DNA from: the human T2T-CHM13v2.0 reference genome, Homo sapiens
Length of the DNA stretch: 64,000 bases
Reading direction: 5' to 3' (one strand)
Assembly (NCBI RefSeq): GCF_009914755.1
Contig: NC_060933.1
Each line of letters begins with the position of its first letter. The stretch's first letter is position 1. The notes under the pieces are model-generated. The model had not been told where the DNA came from, did no database searches, and worked only from the letters and a program-made list of their open reading frames with translations. Of the stretch, positions 1 to 12,234 are shown piece after piece. The translations under genes were made by a program, and so were the position numbers.

Positions 1-606
1 TTCTTAATCCAGTCTATCATTGATGGACATTTGGATTGGTTCCAAGTCTTTGCTATTGTGAATAGTGCTGCAGTAAACATACGTGTGCATGTGTCTTTAT
101 AGCAGCATGATTTATAATCCTTTGGGTATATACCCAGTAATGGGATGGCCGGGCCAAATGGTATTTCTAGTTCTAGATCCTTGAGGAATTGCCACACTGT
201 CTTCCACAATGGTTGAACTAGTTTACAGTCCCACCAACAGTGTAAAAGTGTTCCTATTTCTCCACATCCTCTCCAGCACCTGTTGTTTCCTGACTTTTTA
301 ATGATCGCCATTCTAACTGGTGTGAGATGGTATCTCATTGTGGTTTTGATTTGCATTTCTCCGATGGCCAGTGATGATGAGCATTTTTTCATGTGTCCGT
401 TGGCTGCATAAATATCTTCTTTTGAGAAGTGTCTGTTCATATCCTTCGCCCACTTTTTGACGGGTTTTTTTCTTGTAAATTTGTTTGTGTTCTTTGTAGA
501 TTCTGGATATTAGCCCTTTGTCAGATGAGTAGATTGCAAAAATTTTCTCCCATTCTGTAGGTTGCCTGTTCACTCTGATGATAGTTTCTTTTGCTGTGCA
601 GAAGCT
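1..606 (-). mobile_element. L1PA (L1PA4-5-like) 5'-truncated LINE-1, ORF2 3' part; continues left of the window
   Basis: Reverse strand matches L1 ORF2 ([36 protein letters not shown]); homology stops abruptly at ...gctgtgcagaagct (~606). Confidence 0.95.
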
Positions 607-1249
607 GGAAGAGCTGACTTTCAATCCAGCTGTCCCTTCACCTTTCTGGTCCTCATTATAAAATGAGCTGACTTCCTCTTATCCCAATGCTAACTTCAGC
701 ACCTGTCCTGTGGGATGCAAATGGCATTGGTTCAAAAGCCACCCCAGTGTAGTGAGACAAGCTTCTCTAGACTTTCTGGGTAGGAAGGAGGGTCGGAGGG
801 GGGGTATAGATGTTAATGTTTCCTTGTCCTCTCTACCTGTGAGATCCTGTTTATTTTGAATTAATTTCATGGATGGATCAATTTGCTTTCTCACATGTGC
901 TGTTCTGGTCTCACACCACATTGTTGAGGAAATGCAACCCCTTTTCCTTGATTTCCCCTCATAAGCACACAAGGCATCTACACACATGTAGCTGCCATTA
1001 TAGAAGACTTGAGGAAAGAGAAGTTTGCATCACTGTGTTGCTTGTTGCTTCTTCTTTTTAGAGAACCTTTCTGCAGGGTTCATCCCAGAAATTCCCCATT
1101 CTTCACTTCAAAACACAGAATCACTAAGCTCATCAATTCTCTATCATTTAGAAACTATATTTTGGCCCAACAGAGACCTGTATAATATGCCTTAAATGAG
1201 GTCTAAGGTTTTTCTCTCAGGTAAAAGAAGTCTTGAAGTAGGCATTTGG

Positions 1250-1610
1250 CTTGTCCATTTTGGGCTGCTATGATAGAATACCACAGACTGGTAATGTATA
1301 AACAATGGAAGTGTATTCCTCATAGTTCTGGAGGTGTTGAAGTCCAATATCAAGGCACTAGGAGGTTCGGTTTCATTGTCTGGTAAGACTGCATCCACTA
1401 TAAGGGCAGGATGCTGCATGCTCATATGGCAGAAGAGGTGAAGAGCAAGCTAGCCAAATCCTGCTGTGTGAAGGCTTTTTAAAAATGACCTTAATTCCAC
1501 TAACAAAGAAGAAGCCCTCATAACCTGACCACCTCTAAAAAGCCACACTAAATATATTACATTGGCAACGCCTGAATTTGAGGTGAGGGGACACATCCAA
1601 ACCACAGAAG
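1250..1610. mobile_element. MaLR solo LTR (MLT1A/MST-like)
   Basis: gtccattttgggctgctat...ataccacagactggtaat...catagttctggagg...acacatccaaaccacag is a typical MaLR LTR pattern. Confidence 0.7.
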
Positions 1611-1719
1611 CATTCCAGGGCTGATGTGGTAATGCTACCATCTCATTAATGTCCTTATCTCCTCTTGTGTTTCTGTTTTGGTGTACTTAGCACAAGCTCA
1701 CTGTCCTCAATCAAGGCCA

Positions 1720-2017
1720 CCTCATACCTGCAGAGTGGCTGCCGCAGCACCAGTTATTACATCCATATTTCGGGTAGAGGAAGAAGGAAGGTCAACAAGA
1801 GACCTGCCAACAGAGTCAGCCACTTTTTTAGGGAGCATTTCCAATCCTACACAATAGTTTCTTCATTCCATTAGCCTGAAGGTAGTCACATGACCGCTCT
1901 TATCTAGAAGGGAGGATAAGAAATCTAATTTTTTAGTGGGGACACATTTCTGCTCACCAAAAAGTCAGGGCCCTAAAGAATATATTTTGGATAGGCCAAC
2001 AGCAGTGTTTGCCGCAA
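1720..2017. mobile_element. Old MaLR LTR fragment (MLT1J/K-like)
   Basis: tagtcacatgacc...gaagggagg...ggataggccaacagcagtgtttgccgca resembles the MLT1J/K end. Confidence 0.45.
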
Positions 2018-2451
2018 CCCTCAATTCAGCTCTGGATGTATCTTTGCATAGCCAGGGATGCATTTTTTAATTAAAACTAAGAGGCCATGCCATTGCTGAA
2101 GGGTGGGGAACTGGAGCAGAAGAAATGTCTCTGTCCTTCATCTGCTGTCTTCACTAACAGTCTCTGAAAGTGGAAGGGGCAGTAAAGAAATTTACTTTCC
2201 CACTGTTGTGAAATTTACCACCCTCCTTATAAGGCAGAAGTGGTTACAGTTGCTTTTTATTTTCCTGTTACTATACCCAAGGATTGTTGTGAGAATCAGA
2301 AGACAGATATGAGAAATCATGTTGTGAACTATAAAATGCTATTAAATGACAGAAATGATTGTTTGTCATTATTATGAGTGTTGTCATGTCTCCCAAAGCT
2401 GCCTGCTCAGTTGAAGAAAAGTGTTTTCTGATAGAGAGTAAGACTGAGAAC

Positions 2452-2730
2452 CAAAGAGAAAAGGAGAGAGGGAGATAGAGAGAGGAGGGGGAAGAAGAGC
2501 GATAGAGAAAGAAAAAGAGAAAGAGAGAAAGACAGAGAAAGGAAATAGACTGATAAGGAAGGGTGGGAGGAGAGAGAGGGACAGAGAGAAAGGAAATAGA
2601 GTGAGGAGAAGGGGAGAAGGAGAGAGAAGGGGAAGGGAGACTGGGAAGAAGGAAGGGAGGGAGAGAGAGAGGGACAGAGAGAAGAGGGGAAAAGAAAGAG
2701 GGGAGAGAGGAGAAAAGACAGAAGGGAAGA
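2452..2730 (+). repeat. GA-rich polypurine low-complexity tract
   Basis: ~280 bp consisting almost entirely of A/G on the + strand. Confidence 0.9.
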
Positions 2731-2939
2731 GCGTGGAGGTCTTTTTTCTATCAAAAGCAGAACAGAAATACATTGACATAATTGAAACCCATGACTGACC
2801 ACAAGCATACATACAACTCTGGTAGACAGCTTCAAGGTACTTAGGTTTCTCTGACCATTTAAAAGTATCTTCCTCATTTCCAAAGCGGTATATGCATACT
2901 GAAGACTATGAGAAACATATGAAAAGGCACAGGGGAGTT

Positions 2940-3790
2940 TTTTTTTAACTGCTTTGTTGATGTATAGCTGACATAGAATAAACTGCACATATTTAAAGAG
3001 TATAACTTGATACATTTTAATGAAAGTATACACTGCAAAACCATCATTATAATCAACGTATCTATCATCCCCAACAGTTTCCCTGGGCTCCTTTGAAAGC
3101 CCTGCCCCCGGGCACCCACTGGTCTGCTTTCTCCCACTCTAGGTTAGGTTGCATTTTCTGGAAATTTATACAAATGGAATATCAAATTCCATATATAATG
3201 TATGTAATCTTTTTTTTGGCCTGGCTTTTTTCATATAGCAGTATAATAATTAATGATATAGACCCAGCAGAGTTTGAGATATTCAATTAATTCATTAATT
3301 GAATTAATTCAGATATTCAGGTATTGAGATTAGTTAATATTGTCATATTTGCTTCAGCTTTCCTCGTTTTTTTGAGTAATGTGATCTATACGAAGAGAAA
3401 ATGTTTTTAAAAAATACATCTTAATGCATTGTAATTACACAAATTACATTATAATTAAGGAAACCCCTGTGTAACCACCACTCAGGCCAGGAAAGGGAGC
3501 TTTGCAAGCACCCCTAACCTCCCAGTGTCCCCTCCCCAGGTCATCACCAGCCTCCCTTTTGTGAGAATCATTTTCTTGCTTTTCTTTTTGATTTTACGAT
3601 GTATGTATGCATCGCAGTATGATAGAGTGGACTTAGCTGTTTGTGAATTTTATATGAATGAAATCACACTGTATGTCTTCTTCGTGACTTGCATTTTTTG
3701 CTTTGTTTGTGAGATTCACCCCTGTTGTACCATGTAGCTATGTTTTATTCATTTTAATAGCTATAGAGTATTCCGTTGTATAAATATACT
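2940..3790 (-). mobile_element. Old L1M (L1MD/L1ME-like) 3'-end fragments
   Basis: aataaactgcacatatttaaag..., ggaaatttatacaaatggaat, gagattcacccctgttgta motifs of antisense L1M 3' UTR. Confidence 0.6.
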
Positions 3791-4088
3791 GCAGTGTGGC
3801 ATAGCCCACTCTGGAGAGAGAGCTTTTAAATGTGATCAATACAGTTTGGCTTTTCGTTAACACTTGTAGCCATCAGACAGTCCTTACAGGATAGAAACAA
3901 CGAAAACATCTACCCTTCCCCTGGATGCCAGTACCCCCGCCCCACCCTACTGTGTGTCCACAAAAAGTTAATACTATAAATATTTACAGATGTCAATCAT
4001 AAGTATTTATAGGAATATCTTCTGCCCTGGTATAGTCTTCTTTTTGAAGAAGCAAGCACACAGTTGATTTTTTTCAAAAATCAAAAAC

Positions 4089-4305
4089 TTTTTTTTGTTT
4101 TTTCGAGACGTAGTCTCGCTCTGTCGCCCAGGCTTGAGTGCCGTGTCGTGATCTCCGCTCACTGCAAGCTCCGCCTCCCGGGTTCACGCCATTCCCCTGC
4201 CTCAGCCTCCTAAGTAGCTGGGACTACAGGCGCCCGTCACTACGCCCGGCTAATTTTTAAAATATTTTTAGTAGAGACGGGGTTTCACCATGTAAGCCAG
4301 GATGG
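4089..4305 (-). mobile_element. AluY, 5'-truncated
   Basis: Carries ctgcaagctccgcctcccgggttcacgccatt and tagccaggatgg-type diagnostics; ends within the left arm. Confidence 0.9.
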
Positions 4306-4530
4306 GAACTTTTTTTTTTTTTTTTGCATCATGTCGGTCTGAACACAGCTAGTTAAATTTTCTGTGGGAAACAGGAAAAAGAGGAAGAGGTTGGACATTC
4401 CCTTTCAAGAGGCTGCTCTTCCACTTCCACTGTTTTTCTCAGGCCCTCAATCCAGAGGTTCCTAGACGCCATTATTCACATTCTTCTTTAAAAGATGCTC
4501 TCACAGCATAAGAAGTCAAAACCTAGCTCT

Positions 4531-5407
4531 CAACCCCATCAAAAAGTGGGCAAAGGACATGAACAGACACTTCTCAAAAGAAGACATTTGTGCAGCCAAA
4601 AAACACATGAAAAAATGCTCACCATCACTGGCCATCAGAGAAATGCAAATCAAAACCACAATGAGACACCATCTCACACCAGTTAGAATGGCAATCATTA
4701 AAAAGTCAGGAAACAACAGGTGCTGGAGAGGATGTGGAGAAATAGGAACACTTTTACACTGTTGGTGGGACTGTAAACTAGTTCAACCTTTGTGGAAGTC
4801 AGTGTGGCGATTCCTCAGGGATCTAGAACTAGAAATACCATTTGACCCAGCCATCCCATTACTGGGTATATACCCAAAGGACTATAAATCATGCTGCTAT
4901 AAAGACACATGCACACGTATGTTTATTGCGTCACTATTCACAATAGCAAAGACTTGGAACCAACCCAAATGTCCAACAATGATAGACTGGATTAAGAAAA
5001 TGTGGCACATATACACCATGGAATACTATGCAGCCATAAAAAATGATGAGTTCATGTCCTTTGTAGGGACATGGATGAAATTGGAAATCATCATTCTCAG
5101 TAAACTATCGCAAGAACAAAAAACCAAACACCGCATATTCTCACTCATAGGTGGGAATTGACCAATGAGAACACATGGACACAGGAAGGGGAACATCACA
5201 CTCTGGGGACTGTTGTGGGGTGGGGGGAGGAGGGAGGGATAGCATTAGGTGATATACCTAATGTAAATGACAAGTTAATGGGTGCAGCACACCAGCATGG
5301 CACATGTATACATATGTAACTAACCTGCACATTGTGCATATGTACCCTAAAACTTAAAGTATAATAATAAAAAAAAGTTTATTTCTAAAAAAAAATAAAA
5401 AATAAAA
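4531..5407 (+). mobile_element. Young 5'-truncated L1 (L1PA2/3-like) with poly(A) and 13-bp TSD
   Basis: ORF 4559-5161 is the ORF2p C-terminus ([13 protein letters not shown]...IFSLIGGN*), followed by 3'UTR and A-tail. TSD aaaacctagctct at 4518-4530 and 5408-5420. Lacks the L1HS-Ta ACA diagnostic. Confidence 0.97.
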
Positions 5408-6713
5408 AAAACCTAGCTCTATGTTTCTTCATATAGAAGAAGCATTATAATAAAAGTAATTTAAGTCAGTGCTTGCTGTCTGACTTTTATTTTTCAAAAG
5501 GGTTCAGTGTATTATTCAAATGTCAAGAATAATGATTTTGACCTTGGCCTGCGGGCAGGTGGACCACACTGTCTCTCCCCAGCCCTTTCTTCAGAATCTC
5601 TGTTAATTCTATAACACCTTCCGTGTCTGCTGTCATTGTGGTTTACAGGCACCTTGTCACATGGTGAATAATTGGATCGCCATTCAGTGAAGTAGAGAAA
5701 TAATTTTAATCCCAGTTGTACAGATGAGATAATCGGAGCATAAAGAATGTGGGCTTTTCAAGGTCACACATCAAGAAAGTCACGAAGCCCGTTTCCATTT
5801 CTCGGTCTAGGTAAATATGAAGCCCACATTTCCATGTTCCTTCCTCTCCCTGAAGGGGAGGTCCAGCCATTGATTTTTTGTTTACATTGGGGTACACTGG
5901 TACTACTCTTTGGGTATTTGGGGGCAAGTGAAAACACCATTAAGAGAGAAGAGCCTTTTGAATCTCAGAGGAGTCAATAAGAAAATGGGCTTTTCAGGAG
6001 GTGGGAAGAAGAGGCAGAGTTGGGAAAGTAGGCTCTTTTTCTGTGAGCAGGGATATATATTTGTTCCTCAATCAGCATGCACACCGGGTCCCATCACTCT
6101 CTGCCTTCCATGCTTTCACAGCTCTTTTCCTTGATATTCCAATTCTGTGGTATTTGTTTTTTTCATTCTTTTGATATTCAGTAGTCATCATTCTATTACA
6201 AAGGAGAACTTTCTCTCTCTTCCACCTATTTATGTTTTCATTTATTAATTTATGTGACTAGAGTCTCATGGAACCTGATTTATTCCATGGGTTTTGATGA
6301 TCACTTGGAAACCCCTTTATGCTGGCTCCTGTGACTTTCTGGCATGTTCCCATGATTCTTTGAGCATATTCTTACTTTGGGCTACAAAAACGAGTGCTGA
6401 GCTCATTGTGTACTTTCACTGCCTCAGCCTCAAATTCATAGTATTTTAGAAAAGGTAGTTGAAGGTTTGAAGGCTTGAGCCATAGTAGAAGTCAAAGAGG
6501 AACATAATTTCTCCTAAAGATATAACTCTTCTTGGCCTTCAAATGAAGGGATTAAGAGGACAATGCCCATCTTGATTATATGTGCCTGCAGTTCAGCCCA
6601 AGGATAAACAAATCTGTTTGTCTTAAATTTCTTATGACAGTTTTATAGAAGATAATTTTAAACTGAGCTTCAGATGATACCAGATGGGAAATGGAAGATC
6701 ACGTTCATAGGAT

Positions 6714-7420
6714 GGGGTCATGCATGGAATGAACTGACTTCATTTCTAATAGTGACCCCTGCCCATGGAAAGGGTCTATGGAATGGACTGCCTTCATTTC
6801 TAAGAGTGAGCCCTGCCCACAGAAGGGGTCTATGGAATGGACTGCCTTCATTTCTAAGAGTGACCCCTGCCCACGGAAGGGGTCTATGGAATGGACTGCC
6901 TTCATTTCTAAGAGTGACCCCTGCCCACGGAAGGGGTCTATGGAATGGACTGCCTTCATTTCTAAGAGTGACCTCTGCCCATGAAAAGGGTCTGTGGAAT
7001 GGACTGCCTTCATTTCTAAGAGTGACCCCTGCCCATGAAAAGGGTCTGTGGAATGGACTGTCTTCATTTCTAACAGTGACCCCTGCCCATAGAAAGGGGT
7101 CCATGGAATGAGCTGCCTTCATTTCTAACAGTGACCCCTGCCCATGGAAAGGGGTCTATGGAATGGAATGCCTTCATTTCTAACAGTGACCCCTGCCCAT
7201 AGAAAGGGGTCCATGGAATGAGCTGCCTTCATTTCTAACAGTGACCCCTGTCCATGGAAAGGGGTCTATGGAATGGGCTGCCTTCATTTCTAACAGTGAC
7301 CCCTGCCCATGGAAAGGGGTCCATGGAATGAGCTGCCTTCATTTCTAACAGTGACCCCTGTCCATGGAAAGGGGTCTATGGAATGGACTGCCTTCATTTC
7401 TAACAGTGTCCACTGCCCCA
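6714..7420. repeat. Minisatellite/VNTR, ~13 units of 54-55 bp
   Basis: Unit ccttcatttctaa(g/c)agtgacccctgcccayggaa(a)ggggtctatggaatggactg. Unit starts at 6737, 6791, 6845, 6899, 6953, 7007, 7061, 7116, 7171, 7226, 7281, 7336, 7391. Confidence 0.98.
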
Positions 7421-7649
7421 AGAGAAACTTATCCTTCCAAGGAACCTGCAGAGTAGGGTAGCTCTCAGTGGGGTGGCAGAGCAGGAAGCCACAGTGATCT
7501 CAAGAATTCAGGGTCTAGAGGCTTGTGTCACCCTAGTGTGGGCAGGATGACCTCAGTGTTTTCCTGTACTCACAGGAGCAGCCAGAACCTACTCAAAGAC
7601 CTGACAGTTTTCATCATGGCTCCTTTTCTTTTCTATTAAAAGTGGTTTT

Positions 7650-8980
7650 AATTAGGAAAGATTTCAAGCTTACAGAAAATTAAGAAGAATAATGTCATAT
7701 GGACAAATATACCCACCACCAGATTGAAGAAATGTTAACAGTTGCCTTAGATCCTTTTGGAAAGAAAGTAAAACTACAGATAAAGGTGAAGCCGAAATGC
7801 ATCTCCATTCCCCTCTCTGTCTTTCCAGAAGTAATTCTCAAGTTAGAAAGCAACTTCTCTGTCCCAATTATTTCTGTGTTTTTACAAGAGTAAACAAAAA
7901 TATATGGTATTGTATTGTGTCTTAAAGAAATTTCATAAGCAGCATTATACTGCTCGTATCCTTTTTCAATTTTCTTTTTTTCTACCTAACCCTGAGATTT
8001 AACTACATTACTATTAACCATATTAATAATACAGATAGAGTTCATTCATTTTTTCTGCTATATACTATTTTATTGTATAATATTACTACAATGATATGAT
8101 ATGATATTACTCTTACTAGTTCTAAATGCTGTATATATTCTCTTGGATTTTCTTTGAAGATAACATTGTTTAGAAATAATGAGTTTTGTTTTTCACTTTC
8201 TATCCCTAAACTTCTTATTTCTATTTCTAGTATAATGTTGAATAGGAGTTGAATTCAGGGTTATTTTCTTATTCTTGATTTTTAAAGAGATCATAAAGTT
8301 TGCATTTTTAAATATGATACGTGTGGTAGGTTTTTTGGTAGCTATCTTCTTATCAGGTTAAGAAGGTTACCTGCTATTACCAGTTTGCCAAATATGTTGC
8401 AAAAACTATTTACCAATATCCATTCATGACTGACTTCATTAAGTTTCTTTTTCTGCATCTATTGATTGACTATGTAATTTTCTCCCTTTAATTTCTTAGT
8501 TACATCAATAGATTCCTAGTGTTAAAGCATCCCATTTTTTATGGAAAAGAAAAGACAGAGGATTATCCTGTCTCTTTTCCTTAATCATGGTGTATTTCTT
8601 TCTATACACTGCTTAACTATGTCCATTTTCTGGCTGTTTTTTTTTTTCTATGTATCTATTTTTAAATTCTTATGTTTGTGTATGTTTTTGAGGTGGGGGT
8701 TTGTATATTTTCCCCTCATATCATCCTTGGCTGGTTGTGTTATCTACACTATATTAGCTTTACAAAACAAGTTAAAGAATTTCATTTTTATTTCTTGCAT
8801 GGAAGAATTTATATATAACTAGAATTATCTGTTTTATTAAAGTTTAGAGGATCCACCTGTAAAAACCATCTGGGGCCTATAATTTCTCTGTGAGAAAAAT
8901 TTAAAACTATTAATTCAAGTTCTTCTTCAGGTATAACACTAATAGGGTCTTCTATTTCTTCTCAAATTAGTATTGGCAAA
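7650..8980 (-). mobile_element. Ancient L1M(E) fragments
   Basis: AT-rich sequence with degenerate antisense ORF2 motifs (aatgttgaatagga, ttatcaggttaagaag, cacctgtaaaaccatctgggcct). Confidence 0.5.
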
Positions 8981-8995
8981 TGTGTTAGTCTAAAT

Positions 8996-9538
<543 letters not shown>

Positions 9539-10139
9539 TTATAGATATTGGCTGTAATGAAGACAACCCCCAGGGCAGTTCTTTAATGCAATGGGTGATG
9601 ATGGCAGGGCTGCATTATCTTGTGGCTAGCCTGCCCACCTAGGACATGAGTGATTTTGCTTTCATGGTGGTGAAACTACAACATCAAGTTAAAAACATTC
9701 TCAGTGATGCAGTGAATCGTTTGGCAAATTGACATTTCTGGCAAATTGACTTTTGACAATCTAATTTTCAACAAATTCTTCTTTGAGGATACATATTTTT
9801 GTACTTGGCTCGCTTCCTTTGGAAAAACCAAGTGATGCTTTGAGTAGAATAGCACACCAGTTTTAGCTAAAAGGCAGCTAATTTTACTCAAAGATGTGTG
9901 TTTATTTGGTAGATTTTTTTTTTTTTTTACCCTGAGGTTAGGTGGGGAAGGATTTGTCTTCATTTTCCTCCTTCCATCCACAGTTTGCAAAGCCCCTTGG
10001 AGTGCTCCCTCTACTCCTAAGAGGAAGAAAATATGGACCCCGGAAAGCAGGCAGAAGGGTTAATAACCAAGGGAGCTGGAAAGAGGGAGAGAGAGAAGGG
10101 AGCCCACAGAGGAGATACTCACTTAAGGTTGCCAAAGTG

Positions 10140-10330
10140 AGATGAAATAGACCACTATTAAGAGTCAAGGCGACGGAGAGTGGAGGGTGGGAGGAGGATG
10201 AGGATCAGAAAACTATGCTTATTACCTGGGTGATGAAATAATTTGTGCACAAAACCCCGTGGCACGCAATTTACCTATATACCAAACTTGCACATATACC
10301 CCGAACCTAAAATAACAATTTTAAAAAAGA
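10140..10330 (+). mobile_element. L1 3' end fragment (L1PA15-16/L1PB-like)
   Basis: tacctgggtgatgaaataat...tttacctatat...ttgcacatatacccc..aacctaaaataa. Confidence 0.75.
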
Positions 10331-10345
10331 GAATGCTTTGCCTGT

Positions 10346-11087
10346 TGTATTAGTCTGTTCTTGTACTGCTATAAAGAAATACCTGCCTGGCGTGGTGGCT
10401 CATGCCTGTAATCACAGCACTTTGGGAGGCCAAGGCAGGCAGATCACGAGGTCAGGAGATCAAGACCATCCTGGCTGATACGGTGAAACCCCATCTCTAC
10501 TAAAAATACAAAAAATTAGCCGGGCGTAGTGATGGGCGCCTGTAGTCCCAGCTACTCAGGAGGCTGAGGCAGGAGAATGGTGTGAACCCAGGAGGCGGAG
10601 CTTGCAGTGAGCCAAGATTGCACCACTGCACTCCAGCTTGGGAGACAGAGCGAGACTCTGTCTCAAAAAACAAACAAACAAAACAAAACAAACAAACAAA
10701 AAAAGAAATACCTGAGACTGGGTAATTTATAAGAAAAAAGGTTTAATGGGCTAATGGTTCTGTAGGCTGTACAGGAAGCATGGCAGCATCTGCTTCTGGG
10801 GGGCCTCAGGGAGCTTTTACTCATGGAGGAAGGCAAAGTGGGAGTAAGCATCTTACATGGCAGGAGCAGGACTGAGAGAGAGAGGAGGGAGGTGCTGCAC
10901 GCTTTCAAACAACCAAATCTTGTGAGAACTCTATCACGAGAACAGCACCATGAGCATGGTGCTAATTAACCATTCATGTAGCATCCACCTCCATGACCCA
11001 ATCACCTCCCACCAGGCCCCACCTCCAACACTGGGGATTATCATTTGACATGAGATTTGGGTGGTGACACAGATCCAAACCATATCA
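10346..11087. mobile_element. MST (MSTA/B) MaLR solo LTR with 5-bp TSD, interrupted by AluY
   Basis: TG...CA termini (tgtattagtc...ccatatca); TSD cctgt at 10341-10345 and 11088-11092. Confidence 0.92.
10386..10701 (+). mobile_element. AluY-like nested in the MST LTR
   Basis: TSD aaagaaatacctg at 10373-10385 and 10702-10714; (CAAA)n tail. Confidence 0.95.
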
Positions 11088-11219
11088 CCTGTCCTCTGGA
11101 CTCTCTGTGGTCTCTGTGTGTGTGCTTGTGTGTCTGTTTGTGTCTCTGTATGTGTCTGTGTGTATATGCTTGCTTGTCTAATTACTTAAATGAGTGTAGT
11201 AATTAATGTCTATAACCTC

Positions 11220-11419
11220 TTGCCTTTCTTAATGTCAGGGGCATACTAACAGAGTTACAGGTCTAACTCCTCCATTTCACAGAGGAGGGGCGTACCAACA
11301 GAGTTGTAGGTCTAACTCCTTTTACAGGAGGGGCAAAGCAACAGGAGAATAGGTCTAACTTCTTGTTAGGAGTTAAGCCTATAACTCTATTCGTACGCTC
11401 CTCACATTAAGAAAGGCAA
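11220..11419. repeat. 200-bp imperfect palindrome with internal direct copies (MITE-like or local rearrangement)
   Basis: 52-bp arms at 11220-11271 and 11368-11419 are reverse complements at 44/52 positions; two further direct copies lie inside. Confidence 0.85.
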
Positions 11420-12234
11420 ACTGAGGCCCACATAGGGACCTGGGAGTGCCCAAGGTCACCTGTTTCTAAGTCACAGAGCTGGGATTTCCCACATTTACTT
11501 GATTCAGAGACTTTCCAGAGGCCCTCACCCCCTCCTCCTGCCTGGATGCACATTCGAGCAGCCACCTTGCCTCCCTGCAGTTGGTGAAAACCACAGGGTG
11601 GGCCTGCAGGGGAGACAAGGCCCCATCGGCTTTGGGGCTCACCCAAACAGATGGCCCCGTGTGGGGAGAATGACACGGCAGAAAGGCACTTCACGCCCAA
11701 GGCCCCACCAACGCACCTGCTTTTGGTTTCAGTCTTTCTCTCTCAGCAGAATCAAAGTTTCCAGGGGAATCCCTCTTGCCTTCAGTGGATCGCCCCTCGA
11801 GGCAAGTAGCTTGAGTCACTCACCGCAGCACTGGGATGGTGGCCACAGGGCTGGTTGGCTGGGCCGTCTGGAAGGCGGTTTCCCTCTTCACGTCTGTCTA
11901 GAGGTGGTATCGTGCTCTGTGTGTCTCCTCGTGCCACCCACCCTCCCCATTCTCCTCCTAGTTGGATTGTTCTAAGCCACAGCTGTGACCATGCCATTCC
12001 CCTAGAGCCCACAGAGTGGCATCCAAACTTCCTAGCAGGGTATTCAGGGAACTTTTCCAGCCCACTGTGGCCACGCTGTGTGTCTTACACAATGGGGATG
12101 CCTTTGTTGTTTCCAGAGAACACTAGTCACTTTTGTATCTCTGTGCTTTTGCATAAGCTGTTTCTCTTGTCTAGATTTTTCTTCCCAATCTGGACTGCTT
12201 GGAACACTCTCTCCTCATTCTTTTCTTTAAAAAA

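Noticed and set aside
2384-3033. 142/208-aa hydrophobic-looking ORFs
   Set aside because: Translation of the low-complexity CT tract and an L1 fragment.
4559-5161. 200-aa ORF as a gene
   Set aside because: C-terminal remnant of L1 ORF2p in a truncated, promoterless insertion.
6674-7122. Repetitive ORFs on both strands (18-aa repeats)
   Set aside because: Consequence of the 54-bp unit being a multiple of 3; the frames break where units become 55 bp.
6714-7420. CRISPR-like array (regular repeats with internal palindrome)
   Set aside because: No unique spacers, no cas genes, primate context; it is a minisatellite.
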